A stretch of DNA of 64,000 bases from Paludibacteraceae bacterium. Lineage in GTDB: Bacteria > Bacteroidota > Bacteroidia > Bacteroidales > Paludibacteraceae. The DNA is taken from positions 1,042-65,041 of the forward strand of contig CAJOFT010000001.1 in NCBI GenBank assembly GCA_905234025.1, written 5' to 3'. The position numbers and the translations under genes are program-made. The notes under the pieces were generated by a model that was not told where the DNA came from, did no database searches, and was given only the letters and a program-made list of their open reading frames with translations. This document shows, piece by piece, positions 18,410 to 25,779 of this stretch; the first letter of the stretch is position 1; each line of letters opens with the position of its first letter.

Positions 18410-20350
18410 CTATTCTTGGAATTTTTTCATGGTATCAATAACAGAAATCACCGCAGCCACGGACGGAGCATAACTCATGCCTCCGTGTCCTTTGTACGGC
18501 GGGTTGCCGTCGTACAACTCGTTCAGCGTACCGATACAGAGCTCGCCCATTTCTACTTCGTAGCCCACCAACATACGCTGCATAAAGCTTACGCCGCTTT
18601 GTTTATAAACGGTCATATATGCGCGGGAATATGCCGCAATCGTGAACGGCCAAACCGGTCCGTTATGGAAGTTACGGTCGCGCTCCAGCTGTCCGCCAAT
18701 GTATATCGGACGGTAGTCACCGCTTTTCGGCGACAAGGTACGCAAGCCGCGCGGGGTCAGCAGCTCTTTCGTGCAGATGTCCACCACGGCTTTCATCTGT
18801 TTCTTATCCAGCGGAGAATACGGCAGACCGGCTGCCCAGATCTGGTTCGGACGCACTTCCTTGTTATGATACGAATCAATTACGTAGTCATCCAGATAGA
18901 CGCCGTTCCAGAATGTATTCACAAAGGCATCGCGGCAAATCTCCGCTTGGTATTCCATCAAATCGGCGCCAATCTCCTTGCCGGCTTCGCGCATCAACTC
19001 GGCCGTGAAACGCATCGCGTTGTACCATAGTGCGTTTATTTCCACCACATAACCTGTACGCGGCGTAATCGGCCAACCGTTCTCGGTGGCGTTCATCCAC
19101 GTTGCAGGACGCTGGCTGCCGTCCACCCATACAAGGCCGTTCTGGTGAACCGTCGCACGCGGGTGGTTCTGCTTGCGGTAGAAAGTGATTATATCTTCGC
19201 AGAGTTGTGCGTATTTGTCTGCCGCCTCTTTGACGGTATATTTGTGTGCAAATTTCTGCAGCGCGCGAACGAACCACAATAATGCGTCGGGCTCGTCCAT
19301 ACCCAGGATACGCAATCCGTCGCGTTGGCCTTCCATAAACGCACGCACCTCAGCTACAGCCGTTTTGTCGATAATAGCATCCCAGTATTCAGGGCGGTCA
19401 ATATCCAGCGTGCAGCTCGGTGTAGCGAAGAACTCTTCGCGGGCGGAAGCGTGGAACCACGGATAACCGGCCAGCAAGTAGCACTTGTCATCTTCGCGCT
19501 TGTAGCATTGAGCCGCAGCGTTCTTCAGGCACTCAAACATGTTGTCGCGGGCATTACGGCGCTCCAGCTCTTTCTTCCACAGCGCTTTCAGACCGGCAGG
19601 CTTCGTCTCGCTTATACCGGCAGCGAAAATAATGCTCTCGCCTTTCTTCATCGGCAACTCGAAGTATCCCGGAACGAGCAGATCCTCCTTGTACGCATAA
19701 CCACGCTCCTGCTCTTTCTGATACTCGATGTTCTTGTACCAGGTAGGTGTATGGTTGTAACTTACCTGCTTCGAGAACTGCATAAACAGTTGCGGGAACT
19801 CGGGATACATCTGGTTCACTCGGCCGTTCTCGCAGTCATTCATGTCTGCGTTTGCACGGTTGTTCTCATGCGTCAACTCATTCACACTGCGGAAAGCGAG
19901 GAACGGACGGAAACGCATTGTAATCGGCGAACCGCACTCTTCGAGTGTGTAACGAATAAGCACGCGGGGCTCAAAGCTGACGAGCAGACGCTCTTTCGTC
20001 AGAATAACACCTCCGACGCGGTAGGTCGTCTTCGCAATCACTTCGCAGTCAAACTCACGAATGTACTTGTGCCCGTTCGGCGAGAAATTGTTTTCGCCAT
20101 ACTTGTGTAAACCGAGGTTAAACTCAGCGCCATGCTGAATGACGGTCTCATCCAATGAGCTGAGCAGCACATAGTTGTCCTCACTCAAGTGAGGCAACGG
20201 CATTACTAACTGGCCGTGGTACTTGCGCGTGTTACAGTCAACCAGCGTCGTCGAATTATACACGCCGGCGCGGTTCGTACGGAGCATCTCCTTTTGCAAC
20301 GAACGCTCGAGGTTTACCATCAAGGCCTTGTCAAAATTCAAATAACTCAT
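18410..20350 (-). CDS. Amylo-alpha-1,6-glucosidase / glycogen debranching enzyme family (GH133-like)
   Basis: 646 aa with the N-terminal debrancher-type region and a C-terminal (alpha/alpha)6-like region (GYPWFHASAREEF..., NGPVWPF). It is the first gene of the cluster. Confidence 0.75.
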   Translation of the reverse strand: MSYLNFDKALMVNLERSLQKEMLRTNRAGVYNSTTLVDCNTRKYHGQLVMPLPHLSEDNYVLLSSLDETVIQHGAEFNLGLHKYGENNFSPNGHKYIREFDCEVIAKTTYRVGGVILTKERLLVSFEPRVLIRYTLEECGSPITMRFRPFLAFRSVNELTHENNRANADMNDCENGRVNQMYPEFPQLFMQFSKQVSYNHTPTWYKNIEYQKEQERGYAYKEDLLVPGYFELPMKKGESIIFAAGISETKPAGLKALWKKELERRNARDNMFECLKNAAAQCYKREDDKCYLLAGYPWFHASAREEFFATPSCTLDIDRPEYWDAIIDKTAVAEVRAFMEGQRDGLRILGMDEPDALLWFVRALQKFAHKYTVKEAADKYAQLCEDIITFYRKQNHPRATVHQNGLVWVDGSQRPATWMNATENGWPITPRTGYVVEINALWYNAMRFTAELMREAGKEIGADLMEYQAEICRDAFVNTFWNGVYLDDYVIDSYHNKEVRPNQIWAAGLPYSPLDKKQMKAVVDICTKELLTPRGLRTLSPKSGDYRPIYIGGQLERDRNFHNGPVWPFTIAAYSRAYMTVYKQSGVSFMQRMLVGYEVEMGELCIGTLNELYDGNPPYKGHGGMSYAPSVAAVISVIDTMKKFQE

Positions 20351-20453
20351 GGTATCTATTTAATCGGAAATTATAATTGTTCTGTCTTTATTCTTTTAGC
20401 GTAGCGGTCCTTATTCTTTCAGTCCGCGGGACGGACTTCTCCAATTCAGCCCG

Positions 20454-20461
20454 CAAAGTTA
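20454..20461 (-). promoter_or_regulatory. -7 box for the 20350->11233 gene string
   Basis: Reverse-complement TAACTTTG. The -33 position reads CTTG (imperfect). This gives a ~95-nt leader before the ATG at 20350. Confidence 0.45.
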
Positions 20462-20585
20462 CAACAATTTTTTCATACACGCAAGCGCGCGTGCAAAAAA
20501 ATGCAAAATTTCTGCGAATTGGTTGTAATTTACTTTGTTCGCAGGGAGTTATTTGTCCTACTTTCGTCGTGATTGTCTCGTTCTA

Positions 20586-20640
20586 ATGTAAGGACTATGT
20601 AAGGACAATGTAAGGACAATGTAAGGACTATGTAAGGACT
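20586..20640 (+). repeat. Tandem array A: 5 x 11 bp ATGTAAGGAC(T/A)
   Basis: Units read directly from the sequence as T, A, A, T, T variants, followed by TAGG. The last T is part of the complementary stop codon of ORF 20640-20834. Confidence 0.95.
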
Positions 20641-21060
20641 TAGGCAGGTAAAAAAGTGCTGATTGCAGCGACTTTTGCTTCCGTGGTGTCAAAATGCGAA
20701 TGGTTTGCACGAATAGTCTCGATTATTTGTCGGATGGTCGGCTCATCACCAGTGAGGACAGATTCCTTGATTTGGCGGAAAAATTTGGCGACTATAAACG
20801 GGCGTAACCTTGTCTTTCTGGAGTTCTTTGGCATAGTCGGCTTTCAGCTCGGGATTGGCGAGTACTTCTTTAGCGCGGATGTTGGCCAGTTTCATTGCAT
20901 ATTGCATGAGGACCTTTTTTGGCGTGATTTTTTCGGGAGTTTCGGGATTCCAGGTGTACGAAAAGGTTTTGCCGTTTCTGACGCGTTCAGAGATGTTAGT
21001 GTCTTGGGCGACTTTGCCGCTCATTGAATCGATAGTTTTGATAGGTTTAATTTTTGCCAT
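20640..21060 (-). pseudogene. Hypothetical gene split by a +1 frame change (MAKIKPIK... 105 aa, then a 64-aa ORF)
   Basis: ORF 20746-21060 has a canonical promoter and continues sensibly in the +1 frame (20640-20834, ...FIVAKFFRQIKESVLTGDEPTIRQIIETIRANH...). The two frames overlap at 20746-20834. It could be a true frameshift, a sequencing error, or two overlapping genes. Confidence 0.4.
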
Positions 21061-21078
21061 AGTGTTCGAAATTTTCTG

Positions 21079-21110
21079 CAAAGGTACAACAAATTTTCTG
21101 TTTTTGCAAA
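21079..21110 (-). promoter_or_regulatory. Promoter for the 21060 gene
   Basis: Reverse-complement TACCTTTG at 21079-21086 and TTTG at 21107-21110, with a 20-nt spacer. Confidence 0.55.
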
Positions 21111-21115
21111 TAAAA

Positions 21116-21147
21116 TTTGCATATATGCAGAAAAAGTTGTACTTTTG
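21116..21147 (+). promoter_or_regulatory. Promoter for the TPR gene
   Basis: TTTG at 21116-21119, 20 nt, then TACTTTTG at 21140-21147. ATG at 21171. Confidence 0.6.
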
Positions 21148-21170
21148 CGGGCTGAAAGGAAAATGATTGG

Positions 21171-23969
21171 ATGAGACGTTTGTTATTGGGATTAATATTG
21201 TTGCTGCTTGGAAGCAGTCCGGCATTGGTGTATGGCCAGAGTCGGATGGAGTCGGAGTATCATCGTGTGTGTGGTTTATATGAGTCGCGCGACAAGAATG
21301 CGTTGCGTCAATTGCGTTCATACTTGGATGATTATCCGTACACGACTTTCGAGTCCGAGGTATATTTTATGATGGGCGTGGTGCAAGTGGAGAAGGGGTA
21401 TTACAAGAAGGCCGTTCGCGATTTTGAGCGTTGCCAGTTTAAGGACCTGGCCCGTCCGCATCAGCCTGAATATCAGTTCTATCGCGGTTATGCGCATCTG
21501 ATGCAGTCGGATTATGAGAGGGCCTCTATTTATTTTGGGAATCTGAGCAAACATGCGTCGCCATATAAGCAGAAAGCGGACTATTATTATGCGTATTGTC
21601 AGTATAAATTAGGCGACTATGACAAGGCTCTGCCGGCATTGTTGGATTTGGAGAAAGAATATGCGTATCGCGAAACGGTGCCATATTACATTGTTCAGAT
21701 TTACTATGCGCGTGAGCAATATGAAGATGTGCGTGCGAAAGCGGAGCAGTTGTTAGATGAGCAGCCGGATAATGCGAATAATGGTGAGTTGCATCGAATG
21801 TTAGGTGAGATTTATTATCGCCAGGAGCGTTATCGCGATGCGGTTCGGGAGTTGGCGGAATACGACAGCGTTTTCACGGCGATGCAGAAGCCCGTGTTGC
21901 GTAACGATCTGTATATGTTGGCGGTAGCGTATTATCGTACGGATGACTATTTGCAGGCAATCAACACGTTCAAGCGCGTAGAGCCGCAGCAAGATGAGAT
22001 ATCGGAGGATGTGAATCTATGCTTGGGTCATGCGTATCTTAAGACCGGCGATGTGGAGCAGGCTAAGTTGGCGTATCTGGCTGCAAAAAGTTATAATATC
22101 AACCCGCAAGTACACGAAGAGGCGATGTACAACTATGCGTTAGCGGTGTATCAATCGTCTTCGTCGATTGGCGAGAGTGAGACGGTGTTTACGGATTTTA
22201 TTCGCGAATATCCGAAGTCGGAGCATGTGAATGAGATTTATATGCTGCTGAGCGATGCCTTCCGTCGTGCTCATAACTACAAGGCCGCGTTGTCAGCACT
22301 GGATTCTGTTCGTCAGCCGAACCAAGCAATGTTGGAAACAAAGCAGTATCTGCGTTATCAGTTGGGTTCGGATGCTTTTGTGCGCGGGAAGTTTGGTGAA
22401 GCGCGCGATTGGTTTGGCGCCGTTACGAGCGATAATATCCGTACGGGATTGCAGACGGATGCATATTATTGGCGGGCTGAGAGTGACTATCGTTTGGGCG
22501 ACTATGCGTCTTGCCAGCAGGATCTGGATGCGTTTTTTTGTCGTAGCGATGCGGCACAGTCACCGAACTATGCTTCAGCCGATTATCTGCGCGGCTATGC
22601 GTTCTTCCAGCAAAAAGACTATGCGGCAGCCCGTAGTGCGTTTGAGCGGTACAAGGGCAATGATACTAAGATGCAGGCGGATGCGCAGAATAGGATAGGC
22701 GATTGTTGGTTCTATGAGCGGAAGTTCGCGGAAGCTTGTGCGGCATACGAGCGTGCAGCCTCGATGAAGACGACCGGCGCCGACTATGCGCTTTTCCAGC
22801 AAGGTTATGCGTATGGTTTGCAGCGGCAGATGCAGGATAAAGTGGCGACGTTGCAGAAGTTAGTGGGATATTACCCGAAATCCGACTATGCGGACGATGC
22901 ATTATATGAGATTGCGCGTGCACAGTTGAGTCTGGAGAACGAAGCAGGTGCTGTAGAAGCATACGGAAAGTTGTTGGACAAATATCCGCAGAGCACTTGG
23001 GCGCGCAGTGCGAGTCTGGAGCGTGCGATGGCCTATCGGAACATGCATAGTTACGATCAGGCGATGGCGGCATACAAGCATACGATAGAGCGTTATCCTG
23101 CCAGCAAGGAAGCGTATCTTGCAGTGGAAGGATTGGAGTCAGTGTGCATTGAGACCAACCGCGTGAACGAATATCTTGACTATTCGAAGAAACTGTCAAA
23201 ACTGAATATGCAAGTAGCGACGAAGGACGACTCGCTGGCCTACGAGGCGGCGGAGTTGCAGTTGCGTCAAGGTAACACCGACGTGGCGCTTGCGCAGTTT
23301 GCGCCTTTGGCGGACCGTCAGGGAAGTGCTTATGCCGAACCGTCTGCGATGCAGTCGGCTGAGATCTATTTTGAGCGCAACGACTATGCGAATGCGCTGA
23401 CGTTCTACCGTAAGTCGTTGGCTGTGGCTTCGAAGCGCAAGAATACGATTTCCGCCCGTGTCGGGATAATGCGCTGTGCTGTGGCGTTGGACAATATGCC
23501 GACGTTGATAGAGATTGCGACTGCGATTCTTTCGGATCCGCCTGTGGAAGCGGATATTGAGCAGGAAGCGCGTTATAACCGTGCCAAAGCATATCTAGCA
23601 TTGCAGAACAAGCAAGAAGCGATTGCAGACTTGGAGGCAATCAGTAGTGATGTGCGCACCGGAATAGGTGCTGAGTCCAAATATCTGTTGGCACAAACGT
23701 ATTTTGACTTAGGCGACTTGGACAAGGCTGAGGCGGAAGTGATGTCGTTTGCTCAACAACCAACGCAGCAACAGTATTGGTTGGCGCGCAGTTTGATTGT
23801 GCTGGCGCAAGTAAGCAAACAACGCGGCGATGAGTTCCAGGCAAGACAGTACCTGCTGTCGCTGAAGGCAAACTACACGCATGCGGACGATATTTTGCAA
23901 CGCGTAGATGAGCAACTGGCGCTCTTGGAACCCGTGTCCGAAGTGCCGCAGGAAAATGAGGAGGATTGA
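21171..23969 (+). CDS. Large exported tetratricopeptide-repeat protein
   Basis: Signal peptide ...SPALVYGQS. More than 15 TPR-like units (A/Y/L periodicity, for example YYYAYCQYKLGDYDKALPAL and AYYWRAESDYRLGDYASC). Confidence 0.75.
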   Translation: MRRLLLGLILLLLGSSPALVYGQSRMESEYHRVCGLYESRDKNALRQLRSYLDDYPYTTFESEVYFMMGVVQVEKGYYKKAVRDFERCQFKDLARPHQPEYQFYRGYAHLMQSDYERASIYFGNLSKHASPYKQKADYYYAYCQYKLGDYDKALPALLDLEKEYAYRETVPYYIVQIYYAREQYEDVRAKAEQLLDEQPDNANNGELHRMLGEIYYRQERYRDAVRELAEYDSVFTAMQKPVLRNDLYMLAVAYYRTDDYLQAINTFKRVEPQQDEISEDVNLCLGHAYLKTGDVEQAKLAYLAAKSYNINPQVHEEAMYNYALAVYQSSSSIGESETVFTDFIREYPKSEHVNEIYMLLSDAFRRAHNYKAALSALDSVRQPNQAMLETKQYLRYQLGSDAFVRGKFGEARDWFGAVTSDNIRTGLQTDAYYWRAESDYRLGDYASCQQDLDAFFCRSDAAQSPNYASADYLRGYAFFQQKDYAAARSAFERYKGNDTKMQADAQNRIGDCWFYERKFAEACAAYERAASMKTTGADYALFQQGYAYGLQRQMQDKVATLQKLVGYYPKSDYADDALYEIARAQLSLENEAGAVEAYGKLLDKYPQSTWARSASLERAMAYRNMHSYDQAMAAYKHTIERYPASKEAYLAVEGLESVCIETNRVNEYLDYSKKLSKLNMQVATKDDSLAYEAAELQLRQGNTDVALAQFAPLADRQGSAYAEPSAMQSAEIYFERNDYANALTFYRKSLAVASKRKNTISARVGIMRCAVALDNMPTLIEIATAILSDPPVEADIEQEARYNRAKAYLALQNKQEAIADLEAISSDVRTGIGAESKYLLAQTYFDLGDLDKAEAEVMSFAQQPTQQQYWLARSLIVLAQVSKQRGDEFQARQYLLSLKANYTHADDILQRVDEQLALLEPVSEVPQENEED

Positions 23970-23971
23970 GT

Positions 23972-25747
23972 ATGAAGCGACTGATATATATAGGATTGAT
24001 AAGTTTGGCCGCGGTGAATGTCGTGGCTCAAGATACGGTGCTTAATCGCAGTGTGGTGGTGGAGCGTGAGTTCCAGCCAATCATCCAGTCGGCCGGCAAA
24101 GTTGATGCGCGTCCTCAAGCCGTAGAGACGGAAGTGCCGGAAGTGGAAGTGAACTATTCAGACTATACGTCAGGCGATGTGGCTCCGACAGCGAACCTCA
24201 ATCCGCTTTTGAGTCAGCCGACGCGATTTACGCAACCGAAGCCGCTTCACGGATGGATACGCGGTGCAGTAGGACATCCGCGAACGCTGTTTGACTTTGC
24301 GTACAAGTACGATGACGGACATAGTAACAGCTTGGATTTATTTGTCAATCATGACGCGATGTGGGGCCGTCGCACGCTGAGTCAATCGGACTTCGGTTTT
24401 CGTTTCATGCACCGCTATCAGGCTCTGGATGTGTATTGCGGAGTAAAAGGTGAGCAAGATTTCTACACGAAGTACGGTCGTTACTATGACGGTACGGACG
24501 GTTATAACAAACTTGGCGGTTTGACTATCAAGCGTTTTGGCGACTTGCAGCCGGAAGACAAGCAGACGCAATGGCGTGCGCGCGTATATGTGGGCGTGAA
24601 GTCCAATCCCAAAGAGGATGTTCAATATCAGGCAGAAGTGGGTTATCAAGTGTTGGATGTGCCCGGTATAGCCGTAGAGCATCAGGTGCGCAGCGAAGCA
24701 AAAGTGTTTGGCAAACTGCGCGATGACAGGCATAGCCTGGGTTTCAGGTTCTTTATGCAGAACAATATGTACACCGTGGATACAGCGATGTTTGCGCACC
24801 GGATATACAACTCCCGCCATAATTTGCGCATGGAGCCGTTCTACGAGTATAACGGCAACCGTGTTTTGGCGCATATCGGTGTGAACCTGGATCTGAATAT
24901 CGGTAAAGGTCAGATGTTGTCCGGCAATGAGAATATCAGTTTTGCACCTTCTCCGAACATCCGCTTTGAGGCACAATTGGCGCCGAAGTGGGCTACTATT
25001 TACGGAAAAGCCATCGGTAGTTTCGGGTTTGGTTCGCTGCAGAGTTATTTGGAGGGCAACCGTTATATGGAGGTTATCCCGTGCGTGACGTCCAAGAGTC
25101 CTGCTTCGTATAAGCCCGTGGATGCGGAATTGGGATTCCATTTCCGTCCACATAAGAATCTGCTGCTGGAGATTCACGGTGGCTACGCATATTTCAAGAA
25201 CAGCAAGTCGTATGTAGCTTTCTTAGAGCCGTTTGTGATGGATGAGAACCACCAGATATTGCCGGGAACATTTAGCGACTTTGTGTCCGATTATCACCGT
25301 GCCAAAGTGGGTGCAAAAGTGTTCTATCACTATCGCGACATTATCCAGATTCATTTGTCAGGCGATTATTTCTACTGGAAACTGCAGAACATCACGCCCA
25401 AGGCTCGTCTGGAGGATGTCACCAAAGATATTACGCTCACGCCCGGGCGCGTGTACGACCGCCCTGACTGGGAAATCAAGTTGCGTATAGACGGGCGGAT
25501 TGACGAGCACTGGTCGCTGTATTCGGATAATAGTTTTGCAGGCACGCGTTGGGCTATCACCACCGGTAATGAAGTGCATCTGCCGGCTTTGATAGATATG
25601 AACTTGGGTGCACAATACGAGTGGCCGGAACTGCATCTGGCATTGTTTGTGCAACTCAATAACTATATCTGCCGCCGTAATCACACGCTGTACGGCTATC
25701 AGTCGCAACTGATTAACGGCGTTGTTGGTGTCAGTTGGCGGTTTTAG
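23972..25747 (+). CDS. Putative outer-membrane beta-barrel protein
   Basis: ATG lies 2 nt after the TPR gene stop (a TTG at 23966 would overlap it). Signal peptide ...AAVNVVAQ. Beta-strand-rich, and the C-terminal residue is F (...VGVSWRF). Confidence 0.55.
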   Translation: MKRLIYIGLISLAAVNVVAQDTVLNRSVVVEREFQPIIQSAGKVDARPQAVETEVPEVEVNYSDYTSGDVAPTANLNPLLSQPTRFTQPKPLHGWIRGAVGHPRTLFDFAYKYDDGHSNSLDLFVNHDAMWGRRTLSQSDFGFRFMHRYQALDVYCGVKGEQDFYTKYGRYYDGTDGYNKLGGLTIKRFGDLQPEDKQTQWRARVYVGVKSNPKEDVQYQAEVGYQVLDVPGIAVEHQVRSEAKVFGKLRDDRHSLGFRFFMQNNMYTVDTAMFAHRIYNSRHNLRMEPFYEYNGNRVLAHIGVNLDLNIGKGQMLSGNENISFAPSPNIRFEAQLAPKWATIYGKAIGSFGFGSLQSYLEGNRYMEVIPCVTSKSPASYKPVDAELGFHFRPHKNLLLEIHGGYAYFKNSKSYVAFLEPFVMDENHQILPGTFSDFVSDYHRAKVGAKVFYHYRDIIQIHLSGDYFYWKLQNITPKARLEDVTKDITLTPGRVYDRPDWEIKLRIDGRIDEHWSLYSDNSFAGTRWAITTGNEVHLPALIDMNLGAQYEWPELHLALFVQLNNYICRRNHTLYGYQSQLINGVVGVSWRF

Positions 25748-25779
25748 CGATTTTTAAAATTAACTAAATATTCATAACA

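Noticed and set aside
20586-20640. The tandem arrays at 20586 and 48031 as miniature CRISPR arrays.
   Set aside because: The units are 11 bp and directly abutting, with no spacers. There is no leader and there are no cas genes in the window.
20656-21027. The 123-aa + strand ORF opposite the frameshifted small gene.
   Set aside because: No promoter motif lies upstream (the nearest TA..TTTG-like string at ~20540 is one base short). The ORF is antisense to a gene that has a canonical promoter, and it has no recognisable motif.
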